IMG/VR virus record: IMGVR_UViG_3300037487_001316
Location: 70,155-134,154 of that record
Source: a virus
DNA length: 64,000 nt
Direction: 5' to 3' (one strand)
In this document: positions 1 through 10,670 of the stretch, piece by piece
Numbering within the stretch: position 1 is the first letter of the stretch
How the letters are laid out: every line of letters starts with the position of its first letter
Position numbers and translations under genes: made by a program
The notes under the pieces: generated by a model
Told to the model about the DNA's origin: nothing
Database searches by the model: none
Seen by the model: only the letters and a program-made list of their open reading frames with translations

Positions 1-2
1 TG

Positions 3-776
3 TGTTCGCAGCGTATTGATGCAATGCACACAGGGTATGAAACAAAAGATGTTATGCGTAATATCGATGATGTGCATATGAAAATACGTGCATCACAACA
101 GAAGAGCCAGGGCTCGATGCGTATTAAACAAATGCCAAATGGTTGCACCACGAATGATATTAGGGCATTTATCAAAGAGTATGAAATACATAGCGGCAAG
201 ACAGTAGATGCTATTCTGGTAGATTACCTAGATCTTATGTCACCACTTAGTAAGAAGATTTCTGCAGAGAATCTGTTCGTTAAGGACAAATATGTGACAG
301 AAGAATTGCGTAATCTAGCAGTGGAATTAAATATGGTAACAGTATCAGCTTCGCAGTTGAATCGTGGTTCATATGAAGAGATTGAATATGATCCAAGCCA
401 TATTGCGGGTGGTATTTCTAAAGTTAATACGGCAGATAATGTTGTAGGTATTTTTACAAGTGCTGCAATGAAGGAAAGTGGGAGATATCAAATCCAATTC
501 ATTAAGACACGTTCGAGTTCTGGCGTAGGATCTAAGGTAGATTTAGCATTCAACAATAAGAGTCTTAGAATATCCGATCTAGAAGAAGGAGAGGATAATG
601 CAATCATGGCTACCTCAAAAGGTGTTATGGAAGAACTTAAGAAACGAAGTGTTATAAGATCGGGTGAAAAGATAGATCCTAAGTCCGGCGAGATTACCAA
701 ATTTACACAAAATGATTCAAAAGTGAACCCATTAGAGGGTGCAGCAGCAGTTCGGGCTTTCATCAAGAAAAGGTAA
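3..776 (+). CDS. Replicative DNA helicase, T4 gp41/DnaB-like (5' truncated by window edge)
   Basis: Frame open from position 3. SF4 helicase motifs ILVDYLDLM, SASQLNR and KTRSS. Confidence 0.9.
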   Translation, partial: CSQRIDAMHTGYETKDVMRNIDDVHMKIRASQQKSQGSMRIKQMPNGCTTNDIRAFIKEYEIHSGKTVDAILVDYLDLMSPLSKKISAENLFVKDKYVTEELRNLAVELNMVTVSASQLNRGSYEEIEYDPSHIAGGISKVNTADNVVGIFTSAAMKESGRYQIQFIKTRSSSGVGSKVDLAFNNKSLRISDLEEGEDNAIMATSKGVMEELKKRSVIRSGEKIDPKSGEITKFTQNDSKVNPLEGAAAVRAFIKKR

Positions 777-781
777 AAGCT

Positions 782-789
782 GATAAATA
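782..789 (+). promoter_or_regulatory. Late-type promoter GATAAATA (representative copy; full list in findings)
   Basis: Octamer recurs just upstream of gene starts on the coding strand and resembles the T4 late promoter TATAAATA. Confidence 0.7.
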
Positions 790-814
790 GTTGAAAGTAA
801 TTGGGAGCCTTAAA

Positions 815-1093
815 TTGTCTATTAATCGCAGAAGCAGATCTATCTTAGAAGAAATTAGTTCTTATGTGCCGCAGAAGAGCAAGGAAGAGCTAATTGAGGC
901 ACGAGCACAGCATATAATAGTTTCGGCTATAAATTTGTTAGAATCCATTGACGAATCATTCTCCCCTGAGGATGCAGAGGCATTAAAGAAACGTTTTGTC
1001 TCTAGCATTCGCGGTGCTGATCCTAATCGCTTTACTAGAATGGTAAAACGTATTAAGACTGGTAGCGAAGAGGATGAAGATTCTAATGGCTGA
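815..1093 (+). CDS. Hypothetical protein
   Basis: ORF; TTG at 815 follows a GGAG RBS, downstream of the late promoter. Confidence 0.7.
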   Translation: MSINRRSRSILEEISSYVPQKSKEELIEARAQHIIVSAINLLESIDESFSPEDAEALKKRFVSSIRGADPNRFTRMVKRIKTGSEEDEDSNG

Positions 1094-2582
1094 TACAAAA
1101 CGTCTTACTAGAGATTGGATTCAATTTTTAAAGAGCAACCAGATTGTTGCTTTAAATTCGGATCCTACTACAGGTAAACTTGCCTATAAGAAAAAGGTAA
1201 CGGCTGATGATTTATCTCGTTTCTTAGAAACTAAGACTGACTTCGACGAAGAGACAATTAATAACGCAATTCAAACGGTGCTTTCTAAGAAAGGCACACC
1301 TAGATTACCGGATAAGACAGATGAGCCAAAGCCGGGCAAGGCCCCAACACCAAATCCACCGGCACCCGGTACACCACCTAAGTCCGGTGAACCTCCAACA
1401 CCTGGCACACCTCAATCAAAGAAATATAATACAGATGATGCCACAGATGTAGAAGTAAAATCACCCCGTCCGGGTTTACCTGCTCCACAGCCTAAAGAAG
1501 ATCCTGCAAAAACTGCAAATAAACAGGAAATGATGCAGTTAACCAAAGGTCAAGGCCTTACAAGAAACGATGATGGCACTTTAGGGGTAACTATAGATGA
1601 TCCCGAAGATCCTTCAGGTAATACCAGTCTAAATTTAACATATGATGACAATTACAACATTGTAGGTAAGAAGAAATATAGAAATGTGCCCGATGAGGAT
1701 ACACCTACTACATCTCACCGTCAACACACAGGTGGTAAACTGGCCGGCCAGCAAAGTCAGACAAGAAACGCAATCAATAAACGTAATGCAAGAACAAAGC
1801 CGGGTGATCAAATGCAGCTGGTTGAAGAATTTACAGATAAACCAATTGAGTTAGAAGAGAAGGATGTAGAAGATGTATTTGCATTACTATATCCTACAGA
1901 AGCCCCCGAAGATAAAAAACAGGCCGATCTTGATAAACTAAAGGACTTGGTTAAGACAAAAATGTCAGCTAGTCAGCGTAAAGAGCTATGGAGGGCATTA
2001 AACGAATCTGTATTATTTGAAGAATATGTAGATAAGGATGATGTTAGGGAACTGTTCAAATACGCGACAAAATTAAAAGGCAATAAGATCGATATTGAGG
2101 ATCTCCGCCTAGCATGGAAAAAGGCAGGGTATCCCAGCGATACCAACGATATTGCTGCTATATTACAGAGAGCTGGTTTTGGTAATAATGAAATAGATCG
2201 CGTATTTAATGAAGTATTGGGCGAATATAAAGACGAAGGTGATGACGAAGAATATGTAGATGATGAAGAAGATACACCGCCCAGTCCGGCTATTATTAAG
2301 ATAGCCGAATATGTAAAGAAGAATGGCATTAAAGACGAATTAGTTGCGTTCTTACAAAAGGAATTCGGCAAAGAATTAAGCGAACCAGAAGAACCTGCAC
2401 CCGAACCTAAGAAAAGTATGTTTGATCGTGCCAAAGAATTTGGTAAGAAAATGTTCAGTAGAAAAGCAACAACAGAAGAAGTGAGACAAATTTTTACAAA
2501 TATACTCAAAGAAGAAAGAACTATGCTGTCAGCTCGTATTAAAGAACAAGAGCAGAGATTATTAGGTAGAAGTAGAAAGTAG
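1086..2582 (+). CDS. Acidic, Pro-rich putative internal head/virion protein
   Basis: Long ORF with a PAPGTPP linker, acidic tracts and L-x-E motifs (LVEE, LNES, LFEE, LKEE). Confidence 0.55.
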   Translation: MADTKRLTRDWIQFLKSNQIVALNSDPTTGKLAYKKKVTADDLSRFLETKTDFDEETINNAIQTVLSKKGTPRLPDKTDEPKPGKAPTPNPPAPGTPPKSGEPPTPGTPQSKKYNTDDATDVEVKSPRPGLPAPQPKEDPAKTANKQEMMQLTKGQGLTRNDDGTLGVTIDDPEDPSGNTSLNLTYDDNYNIVGKKKYRNVPDEDTPTTSHRQHTGGKLAGQQSQTRNAINKRNARTKPGDQMQLVEEFTDKPIELEEKDVEDVFALLYPTEAPEDKKQADLDKLKDLVKTKMSASQRKELWRALNESVLFEEYVDKDDVRELFKYATKLKGNKIDIEDLRLAWKKAGYPSDTNDIAAILQRAGFGNNEIDRVFNEVLGEYKDEGDDEEYVDDEEDTPPSPAIIKIAEYVKKNGIKDELVAFLQKEFGKELSEPEEPAPEPKKSMFDRAKEFGKKMFSRKATTEEVRQIFTNILKEERTMLSARIKEQEQRLLGRSRK

Positions 2583-2601
2583 TATTAGATAAATATAGAA
2601 T

Positions 2602-2823
2602 ATGAGATTAGATGAAATTGTAACATTAAATGATGTGCTGAAAGCAAATCAGTATATTAAACTTCTACGAAGTTTAAAAGCACACGCTAAAAATGATATT
2701 AACATAACTCGTATTAAGAACCGCGTAATTCATTCGTGGAAAAAAGGAATGAAACATCGTAAGCATTATGATGATCTTCTATCACAAATTAACTTAAATC
2801 TTAATAAGTTAATCGAAGATTGA
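2602..2823 (+). CDS. Small basic hypothetical protein, probably leaderless late transcript
   Basis: ATG 6 nt after GATAAATA (2588-2595), no SD. Confidence 0.65.
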   Translation: MRLDEIVTLNDVLKANQYIKLLRSLKAHAKNDINITRIKNRVIHSWKKGMKHRKHYDDLLSQINLNLNKLIED

Positions 2824-2897
2824 ACGTTATTTTCGCCTAGATGATAAATAAGTTTATGAATAGGATTATCCTATCAAAAAATTAAGGAGTTATTATT

Positions 2898-3491
2898 ATG
2901 ACACAAAAAATTAACGGCGCCGCATACTCTGGTATCTGGGTAGAAAAACAAGTAGCCTTCATCAAGCTTACATTCAACCACAGTTTGTTGGCTATTCCTG
3001 CCGCTAGTATGTTTTTAACTGGTACAGCAACAGCAACAACAACAACATCCGAAGGTGACACTTCTTTTGGTGTAGTTGAGTCTGCAGTAGTGCAAGCTTT
3101 GAAGAACTTAGAATTGAAGGCAACAGTATTGGGTATTTCTGCTCTAAGCGCAGCAGGTACAGTTGTTGACGTGATGGTTGGATGTTCGGAAGGTTACTTC
3201 TCGGACAACGTTGGTGTTATTTCTACTGGTAATACAGTGGTTGGCGCTAAGGCAATTATCACAACAGCAGGCGGCAATACAGTGCTTGGACAACTTGTTG
3301 ATGTTAGCGATTCGTATTTAACATTTAGCATGTCATTTGCAGCATTCGATGGTACAATGCCAGTTGCTACATTAGCTCATGGTGATCTAGAAACAGGCGT
3401 AGGTTCTACACCAGGTTCTACAGCTACACCAAACGGTGCCCCAATCGGCTCTGCAAACAGCTATCAGCCAGTCGCACTTATTACAGCTTAA
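2898..3491 (+). CDS. Putative virion structural protein
   Basis: Late promoter at 2843, strong TAAGGAG RBS, own terminator, Ala/Gly/Thr-rich. N-terminus resembles that of 5415..5915. Confidence 0.55.
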   Translation: MTQKINGAAYSGIWVEKQVAFIKLTFNHSLLAIPAASMFLTGTATATTTTSEGDTSFGVVESAVVQALKNLELKATVLGISALSAAGTVVDVMVGCSEGYFSDNVGVISTGNTVVGAKAIITTAGGNTVLGQLVDVSDSYLTFSMSFAAFDGTMPVATLAHGDLETGVGSTPGSTATPNGAPIGSANSYQPVALITA

Positions 3492-3509
3492 TTGTTGTAT
3501 TAAAAAAGA

Positions 3510-3536
3510 AGAGCAGCTTTCGAGCTGCTTTTTTTT
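3510..3536 (+). terminator. Rho-independent terminator
   Basis: GAGCAGCT-TTCG-AGCTGCTT followed by a T-run. Confidence 0.85.
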
Positions 3537-3585
3537 GACATAAATTTCTAAACTTGATAAATAATGTAAATGATAAGGAACAGTA

Positions 3586-3921
3586 ATGTCTACACCCCCA
3601 CCAGTGCCGCTAGGATATACAAGCTGGAATGTTTACATCGAAGAACAAGCAGATGAATCGCCAGACCAGAGTATAGAAGCTCGTAGGCTTATTAAGCGTA
3701 ATATTAAACTTGAGCAGATCGCTCAAGAAATACGTCAGGCCGGTGGTGATACAAGCAGCCCTAGTTATCGACCTTATAACATATATGAAACACCAGGCAC
3801 ATTTAGCCCAGCAGAAGGGCATCCTTGGTTGTTGACACCTACCTATCCACAGGCTCATATTACTGATCAATTAGGTAATAATTTAATCACTGAGTCTGGT
3901 GATATATTAATTACGGAGTAA
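3586..3921 (+). CDS. Hypothetical virion-associated protein
   Basis: Late promoter at 3556. C-terminal LITESGDILITE motif is of the kind seen in fibre-associated proteins. Confidence 0.55.
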   Translation: MSTPPPVPLGYTSWNVYIEEQADESPDQSIEARRLIKRNIKLEQIAQEIRQAGGDTSSPSYRPYNIYETPGTFSPAEGHPWLLTPTYPQAHITDQLGNNLITESGDILITE

Positions 3922-3924
3922 GAT

Positions 3925-5352
3925 ATGCCAGATGTAAAAATTTCAGAATTACCACCATTAGCAATATTGACAGCAGGTTCTTTATTGCCTGTTGTCAATG
4001 CAGGTGATACCTATAATGTGACAGGAACAGTGCTTAATGATTTTATATTAGGCGATCTTGTTGTAATAGATGATCAGATAACACTTAACGGTGTTTCAGT
4101 GAATGTAGGTATCACAGATATTATATATGCTGATTTATATGCTCTATGGTCAGGTGGCACATTGCAGGCAGGCAGATTTTATAGGATTACTGATTTTAGA
4201 TCAATATATGATCAGCCAGATTATTCTGCTCCATATACACCAAAGGCGCCAGCAGATATAACCAACCCGGTTAGACCAGTTGAACCATTAGTGGTATTAG
4301 CTACAAGCACCTCGTCGTTGGGAAATCAGGCTTGGTCTGCTCAATATCCCGAAGATTACATTCAATATAACATTGCGTTTACTCAAACTGAATACAAAGG
4401 TACACCTGCAAAAGGTCGTATTGTTTTGCGAGTCGATGATGCCTATAATCAAGGACCATATGATATTCGCAACGTTGTATTTAGACGGTATCAGGATGCA
4501 GGCGGTTTTTATACAATCGTATACGATAATGCGACTGTACCTAAAACAGATATTCCGACATTCGGTGCAGAGTGTGAAAATATTAGAATGGCGCAGCATG
4601 ATTCAGATGAAGTTGGTATAGATGATCCTCCTTTCTATGCTACAAACAATATTTTTGGTGATTATTGCGAATCAACCACTACGTTAGGTGACTTTTATAA
4701 TAATACAATTGGTACATTTGATCCGGTAGGCGCATATGGTGGAGCATGGATGTACGGTGTATCATTTGGTCATAATTGCCACGATAATAGAATTGGCGAT
4801 GCCTTTACTAATAATATGATAGCCAACGAGTTTAGTAATAATGTTATTGGCAATGATTTCAATAATAATACCATCGGAAACGGTTTTTCAAACAATATCA
4901 TCGGAAATTCCTTTATGTGTAATACTGTTGGTGGTGCACCATCCGGGAATGGTTTCTTTTCTAATACAATAGGTGATGGATGCATGTATAACAACGTTGG
5001 TGCAGACTTTACCAACCCGGGTATTACTATAGGTGCCAATTTCTCAAATAACATGATTGGCCCACATTTCCGCAACAATGTAGCAATTGGGGTAGATTTC
5101 ACCAACAATAATATCAGTGGCTTCTTCGAAGGTAATACTGTTGGAGCAGGTTTCACAATGAACGAAATAAAGTGTGCCGTTAGCGGAAAAGATCTTAACA
5201 CAGTTCCTATTAGCTTCTTAGGTATTACTGTAGAATATATTATGACAGGGAACGGATCTACATTGCCTCCAACGATTGGGCAAATATATGCTGGATATTT
5301 CAACGACAGTGCCGTACCAGGCCCGTTCGGTTGGATATACACTGGCGTATAA
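3925..5352 (+). CDS. Tail fibre/spike-like protein with Asn-rich beta-helix repeats
   Basis: N-terminal VKISELP motif; many F-x-N-N-x-I-G-x-x repeats. Confidence 0.65.
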   Translation: MPDVKISELPPLAILTAGSLLPVVNAGDTYNVTGTVLNDFILGDLVVIDDQITLNGVSVNVGITDIIYADLYALWSGGTLQAGRFYRITDFRSIYDQPDYSAPYTPKAPADITNPVRPVEPLVVLATSTSSLGNQAWSAQYPEDYIQYNIAFTQTEYKGTPAKGRIVLRVDDAYNQGPYDIRNVVFRRYQDAGGFYTIVYDNATVPKTDIPTFGAECENIRMAQHDSDEVGIDDPPFYATNNIFGDYCESTTTLGDFYNNTIGTFDPVGAYGGAWMYGVSFGHNCHDNRIGDAFTNNMIANEFSNNVIGNDFNNNTIGNGFSNNIIGNSFMCNTVGGAPSGNGFFSNTIGDGCMYNNVGADFTNPGITIGANFSNNMIGPHFRNNVAIGVDFTNNNISGFFEGNTVGAGFTMNEIKCAVSGKDLNTVPISFLGITVEYIMTGNGSTLPPTIGQIYAGYFNDSAVPGPFGWIYTGV

Positions 5353-5414
5353 GATCCACCAGATTGGATCTGTAATATAATAAAACCCTGCTAAATAACA
5401 GATAAGGATAAGAA

Positions 5415-5915
5415 ATGGTACAAAGAATACACGGCGCAGCAACAGCAATGCAGAATCTTACAGCGGATCTAGCATTCTATGTCTGCTATGCGTCTTCTCC
5501 AGGGGCATTTACAAATCCTAATCCTAATCCACCACCTGCCGAAGAATTAGCACGATTAGTTAATATTCAAGTTACAGGTAGTCCTTTAGATCAGAGCCAA
5601 AAGAATTTCGAAGTATTTTTAATGAGTATTGGTTTAAGAGCTATGCCAGTTGTTTTATCAGATCCAGCGGCAGTATTACAATTAGCAGATTATACATTAG
5701 AACTCTCCGGTGAAGGTTTTATTTGGAAATTTGCGGTTGAGAGAGGTGTTCAATTCTTTAATTTTACACCATATGGAACACCCGGCCCAGTCGGCCTATT
5801 AGTAGATGACCTTAACGGGGTTATTTTACCTAGTGGTGTTAGAATTACTACAGTCACAGGTAGTCCAAGCGGTTGGGCTAAGAATGTTGCTTTCGCAAGG
5901 ATGGATACAATATGA
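5415..5915 (+). CDS. Putative virion structural protein
   Basis: GCTAAATA late-type promoter at 5390; MVQRIHGAA N-terminus like 2898..3491. Confidence 0.5.
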   Translation: MVQRIHGAATAMQNLTADLAFYVCYASSPGAFTNPNPNPPPAEELARLVNIQVTGSPLDQSQKNFEVFLMSIGLRAMPVVLSDPAAVLQLADYTLELSGEGFIWKFAVERGVQFFNFTPYGTPGPVGLLVDDLNGVILPSGVRITTVTGSPSGWAKNVAFARMDTI

Positions 5916-6565
5916 TTAAGAATGATAGAGTTATTAGTTCACTTATACACGGTGACGCAGTTGAAAAACTTATTAAAGAAAATAACATTGACATTACAGA
6001 AGCACGAGCAATGATTTCAGAAATGTCATTCAAAGATTATTGTTCTTTAGATGAAGCGAGTGCTGATATTCTACCTCCATCGGGTAAACCATTATCGCCT
6101 ACAGGCCCGGGTGGTGCACCTCCTGCTGCCACTACACCAGGACAACAAAGTCAGCCAGCTGCAACTGCTCCAACACCAGTAAAACCAGCCGCCGATCCGC
6201 GTGGTGTTCAAGTTAAGAATCCGCAGACAGGCAAAATGGAGTGGATGAAACCTTCTGTTGACCAGAATGGAAAACCTGTAGTCGAAGATAAAGAATTAGC
6301 AAGAATGAAACAATTAGCAGGAATATCCGAAGACGGTAGTGGAGGCGCATCTTGTGCGGGTGGTATAGCAATCGCGCCAACATCGCTCGGAATGAAGAAG
6401 CGTAATTCAGTTGAAGAAAGTCCTTCATTAGAACATCCTGTTGCAGGCCGTAAAACTATACAAGGTGCTACAGCAGAAAAGAAACCAAGCGGTAAATTGT
6501 CTGCTAACCTTGCGGCCCGTAATATACCTACAGCGAGTAGAATAAATAACGGCTTTAAGAAATAA
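5912..6565 (+). CDS. Putative internal head protein
   Basis: Low-complexity, with LDEA, VVED, ISED and VEES motifs and a LARMKQLAG helix. Confidence 0.5.
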   Translation: MIKNDRVISSLIHGDAVEKLIKENNIDITEARAMISEMSFKDYCSLDEASADILPPSGKPLSPTGPGGAPPAATTPGQQSQPAATAPTPVKPAADPRGVQVKNPQTGKMEWMKPSVDQNGKPVVEDKELARMKQLAGISEDGSGGASCAGGIAIAPTSLGMKKRNSVEESPSLEHPVAGRKTIQGATAEKKPSGKLSANLAARNIPTASRINNGFKK

Positions 6566-6566
6566 T

Positions 6567-7016
6567 ATGGATAAATCTGCCTTACTTGATAAATTAGACA
6601 GGGCAACTTCTCGTGGTGCCCAACTTGCTATTAGTAATGGATATCCTATTCCACTATCTAAGAAATCTACCTTAATAGGTAATACTTTCGTAGAGAAAAA
6701 TCCAAACGGTCTTTATAACATATTAACACCTAATAGAACACCTATATATGAAAATATATCTGTATTTGATATAGCGGTAATTATTGCTCAGAGATATAAT
6801 ACGGGTGAATTAGGCACTATAAAAAAAGTATTATTGTTAGAAGAAAGATTTACAAAGTATCATTATGATATGATACATTATTTGAATTGCTTAAAAGGTG
6901 CCAGGAAGAAGCACGACATAGAGCGTATGGCAATTTTAGAAGACAAATTTCAAGTAGCCGAAACTCTTGCCAAAAGTGCAAGGGATAGTATCTCTATTTT
7001 CAAGAGAGTAAAATAG
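6567..7016 (+). CDS. Hypothetical protein
   Basis: ORF tightly packed in the operon. Confidence 0.7.
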   Translation: MDKSALLDKLDRATSRGAQLAISNGYPIPLSKKSTLIGNTFVEKNPNGLYNILTPNRTPIYENISVFDIAVIIAQRYNTGELGTIKKVLLLEERFTKYHYDMIHYLNCLKGARKKHDIERMAILEDKFQVAETLAKSARDSISIFKRVK

Positions 7017-7065
7017 TAACTAGAATGATAAATACTAGAAATAACACTTAACAGGAACGGTTTAT

Positions 7066-8328
7066 ATGCTTTTACACGATATTGGTAAATCACCAGATGC
7101 CACATTTAGAAGGATAAATCAACACCTTGAAACTAATTACGGGTTTAAAATCTCTGAAGATGTTAGTGATAAAGACTTAGTTGCTATCATGGAACAGATT
7201 GAAGAAGAAATTACTGATTTGAAAGTTAAGGGAGATGATGCTAGAGGTTCTTCGGAAATTTCGAAGAGATTGCTAGTTTTAGAAGGTATTAGAAATCTTA
7301 GAGAATTTGCTATCACACAATTCAAGTCGCCAAAACTTGACAGCGTGGTTAATAACTTAGTTGATTATGTAGTTGATACATTTGAAATAACAGGTAAAGA
7401 TTCGATAGATTATGAACGGGCGGTAGAAAGAGCAATGGATGAATATCGCTCGAGTAGATATCGTTTCCCGGATGATTTTATTGAGCAACGTGTTAGACAA
7501 GAATCTATGGCACGTATTCAATCAGAATCGGCATTATCTGATCCACACGGTATGTCAGTAGAAGCCCCATCCCCGATGATGATGGAAGAAACCGATAGCG
7601 AAGTAGCTGAAGAAGATAGTGAAATGAGTGGCACAGAATTAAGTGAAGACGACGAAGAACAAGTATCAATGATCCGTGATAAGAACGGTAATATGGTACC
7701 GGACCCATTTGCTGCACAAGCAGCCGCAAGAAGAAAAGGAACAGCAATGAAAGAACATGCAAATTTAGTAAAGAACCTACGCCGCCTTCTAGAAACAGAA
7801 GTTAGTCAGGCCGAAGTTATGATGGCAGCTAAGGGCTTTGCTCAAGAGTTGCAAGAAATGGTAGAAAAGATCGGTCGTTTACAAAATGAAGATCTTCCAC
7901 CTGTAACAGATCAAATGCGCGAGACATACGGTATGGAATCAGCTTCTGCTTTCCAGACACAGATTTATGGAGCATTACAGAGTGTTATGGATGCACTTTA
8001 TACCGCTAAGAGTCAAGTTGATGATGCAGTGGGTAATATGGCTGCTACCGGCCAAGTTAGTGCCGAAACTGATATGGATAAAGATATCGGAATGGACGAT
8101 GGCATGGGCGACATGGGTGATGAAATGCCGATGGATGATGAATTTGCAGATGATGATTTAGATAACATTGGTGCAGATTTAGAAGCTGAACCAGAAGACG
8201 AATTCGGCGGCGAAGAAGCACTCGGCCGTTCTAAGAAAATGGAATCTGTTGCAACATTGCAACGTAAAATTACAGAAATGAAGAAGCTTGTTGCTAAAGC
8301 AAAGAAGCTTAAAGAAGCCAAGAAGTAA
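7066..8328 (+). CDS. Acidic coiled-coil protein, possible prohead core/scaffold
   Basis: Late promoter at 7027; very acidic, helical, with L-x-E motifs. Confidence 0.5.
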   Translation: MLLHDIGKSPDATFRRINQHLETNYGFKISEDVSDKDLVAIMEQIEEEITDLKVKGDDARGSSEISKRLLVLEGIRNLREFAITQFKSPKLDSVVNNLVDYVVDTFEITGKDSIDYERAVERAMDEYRSSRYRFPDDFIEQRVRQESMARIQSESALSDPHGMSVEAPSPMMMEETDSEVAEEDSEMSGTELSEDDEEQVSMIRDKNGNMVPDPFAAQAAARRKGTAMKEHANLVKNLRRLLETEVSQAEVMMAAKGFAQELQEMVEKIGRLQNEDLPPVTDQMRETYGMESASAFQTQIYGALQSVMDALYTAKSQVDDAVGNMAATGQVSAETDMDKDIGMDDGMGDMGDEMPMDDEFADDDLDNIGADLEAEPEDEFGGEEALGRSKKMESVATLQRKITEMKKLVAKAKKLKEAKK

Positions 8329-8332
8329 TTGA

Positions 8333-8653
8333 ATGAGAGCAAGAGAAATACTCCAGGAAGATTATAATCAGAGTCTGGAATCAGATCTTACTAATCTTCT
8401 AATAGGTGCCAAAGGTTCTGGGTCACAAGAAATCAATACACGAGATCTTGTAACACAACTTCGTGGCATGGGTTATGCGGTTGACGAAAATAGTCTAATG
8501 CTTTTGCTAAGTCGTAATCCAGCAGTTCTTAATGCTACCCCGACACTAGTTCGTATGACTGGTGCCGAAGGGGCAGAGCAAGGTGGTGGTGATCCTGCAC
8601 AAGATACAGCCGCTCGTGTCGGCGATATGGCGCAGAAGGCCACAAAGATCTAA
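8333..8653 (+). CDS. Putative internal head protein with capsid-targeting-like N-terminus
   Basis: Starts MRAREILQE-D. Confidence 0.55.
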   Translation: MRAREILQEDYNQSLESDLTNLLIGAKGSGSQEINTRDLVTQLRGMGYAVDENSLMLLLSRNPAVLNATPTLVRMTGAEGAEQGGGDPAQDTAARVGDMAQKATKI

Positions 8654-8665
8654 TAAGGTAACAAA

Positions 8666-9832
8666 ATGTCCTGTGATTCAACTACTGGTTTTCCAACATC
8701 TGCTCAAATGGAGCAACTTGCTACAAATAACTCAGTAGTATGGGAAGAAATTTGTAAGATTCAGCAGGCCGTTCTTGCTGCATCTAGCCAGTGTCAACCA
8801 GGCGGTGGACAGATGTGTACCACTTTAGGCGGCACAACACCGATGACCTTTGTTGCAGGTGTTACTTCAGTAACAGTTGTAGACGGCGGAGCAGAATATT
8901 ATCAAGATTTCCCGGCAGTTGTATTTGTTCCACCAGTTGGAATTATACCTGCAGCAGATGCATCTGCTACTGTGACAACCAACGGTGGAAATATTTTATC
9001 TATTGACATGGTAAGTGGTGGCTCAGGCTACCAGCCGGTGGCAGCAACAATGGCAGTAAGTTCGTTGACTGGTGCCGCAGCAGATTTGCGTCCTTTGGTT
9101 AATGCTGCCGGTCAGATAGTTGGTATAAATGTTGTTAGTGGTGGATTCGGTTATACAATAGCTGATTCTATAACAGCCACTCGTGCTGTATTACCTAATT
9201 CGGGTTATACCGATGCTATATTTGTTATTACATCGGTTAGTATTACCGGTGAGATTATTGGAATAGTTATATTGAATCCAGGCTCAGGTTATCAACCTAG
9301 TGTTACAGAAGTGCAAATTGTATCTTCGTTAAATCCTTCATTACCATATCCATTGGGTGGCGGATTTATTGGTACAGTAATGACGGATATAACAGGTGTA
9401 ATTACTCAAGTTATTATTACTAATATAGGTGCAGGTTATGCGGTTTTCCCGCCATATCTTGTAATTACTGATCCAGGTACAGGTGCTACAACCTCTGTAA
9501 CACTTAACGCAGATTCTGTTTCTGCTATTGCTGTAACATCTCCAGGAACACAATATACATCTTCTGCTATAGGCAATGTATTTAATCCTATCACAGCAAC
9601 GCTGCCAAATCCACCAGTCGCGCCGGCTATAGTTACTATAAATGTGGCGAATAATACATATGGTACTGATCCTCTGCTATATTGGCAGGTCTGGGCAGGA
9701 CTAGCAACAAATAAAGCGATACAAATGCAACTTAATACGGTATTGTCTTACTTCGCCGGTCTTGGATATACAATTATACTCCAAACAAATCCAAATACAG
9801 GTTCTACCCTACAGTGGAAAATCTGCTGGTAA
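8666..9832 (+). CDS. Virion structural protein with repeated [IV]xxxxxGxxY beta motifs
   Basis: About six repeats (VDGGAEY, VSGGSGY, VSGGFGY, LNPGSGY, TNIGAGY, TSPGTQY), typical of T4-like baseplate/tail proteins. Confidence 0.6.
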   Translation: MSCDSTTGFPTSAQMEQLATNNSVVWEEICKIQQAVLAASSQCQPGGGQMCTTLGGTTPMTFVAGVTSVTVVDGGAEYYQDFPAVVFVPPVGIIPAADASATVTTNGGNILSIDMVSGGSGYQPVAATMAVSSLTGAAADLRPLVNAAGQIVGINVVSGGFGYTIADSITATRAVLPNSGYTDAIFVITSVSITGEIIGIVILNPGSGYQPSVTEVQIVSSLNPSLPYPLGGGFIGTVMTDITGVITQVIITNIGAGYAVFPPYLVITDPGTGATTSVTLNADSVSAIAVTSPGTQYTSSAIGNVFNPITATLPNPPVAPAIVTINVANNTYGTDPLLYWQVWAGLATNKAIQMQLNTVLSYFAGLGYTIILQTNPNTGSTLQWKICW

Positions 9833-9836
9833 AGCG

Positions 9837-9866
9837 TTGACTTTGTGATACTCTTTGTGTTACAAT
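9837..9866 (+). promoter_or_regulatory. Sigma70-like early promoter
   Basis: TTGACT-18-TACAAT. Confidence 0.65.
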
Positions 9867-9920
9867 TTTATAACGAATAAATTTTAGTCTTGATAAATAA
9901 CATAGTAACGGAGATTTGCT

Positions 9921-10670
9921 ATGTATTATGTTTATGAATTAAAGTATCCCGCATCAAATATTACTTTTTATGTGGGTAAGGGTAAAGGACGTAGGGCCTC
10001 TTACCATACGATGAGAAATAAGAAAGGTTGTTGGACAGATAATAGGTACAAAGATAATGTTATTAGACAAATTCTTAATACGGGCGTCGACCCCTTGATA
10101 GAATATGTATTTTATACGGAAGAAGAAAATATAGCATATAACTTCGAGGAAATGTTGATAAAAAAATATGGAAGACGGTTATTTGACGAAAAAGGAATAT
10201 TAACAAATATATGTGAATCGAGTAGGCCACCGCATTCTGTATATAGCACAGAGCGTAAGGAAAAATATAGAAAACGAATGGTTGGGAATACACTTGCATT
10301 AGGAAGAATACAGACAACAGAAGAAAAAGCACAGCGTGGTAATACATTGGCGGAGTCTTATAAGACAGGCAAGAGGCAGGTTACTGACAAGATGAGAGAA
10401 GCATCAAGAATTACTCATACAGGAAAGATAGTTAGCGAAGAAACACGAAAGAAACAATCTATAATAGCAAAGAATAGACCGCCATTGTCTAAAGAGAGTA
10501 TAGAAAAAAGTAAAAAAACAAAGATAGAAAGGGGTGTATTGCCGCCAAATAGGAAGAAGATTACTATTGACGGTATTACCTATAATTCGATAAGAGAGGC
10601 AGCAGTAAGTTTAGTTATCACCGAATATAAAGCAAAGAATTTATCAGATGAATATAGTAAAAAAATATAA
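9921..10670 (+). CDS. Free-standing GIY-YIG-type homing endonuclease with NUMOD3-like repeats
   Basis: YYVYEL...FYVGKG...R catalytic-domain pattern; basic SEETRKK repeats; late promoter at 9892. Confidence 0.8.
   Translation: MYYVYELKYPASNITFYVGKGKGRRASYHTMRNKKGCWTDNRYKDNVIRQILNTGVDPLIEYVFYTEEENIAYNFEEMLIKKYGRRLFDEKGILTNICESSRPPHSVYSTERKEKYRKRMVGNTLALGRIQTTEEKAQRGNTLAESYKTGKRQVTDKMREASRITHTGKIVSEETRKKQSIIAKNRPPLSKESIEKSKKTKIERGVLPPNRKKITIDGITYNSIREAAVSLVITEYKAKNLSDEYSKKI

Noticed and set aside
4640-5170. Asn (AAY)-rich repeats as a diversity-generating retroelement template or target
   Set aside because: No second near-identical copy differing at adenines and no reverse transcriptase in the window; explained by beta-helix repeats.
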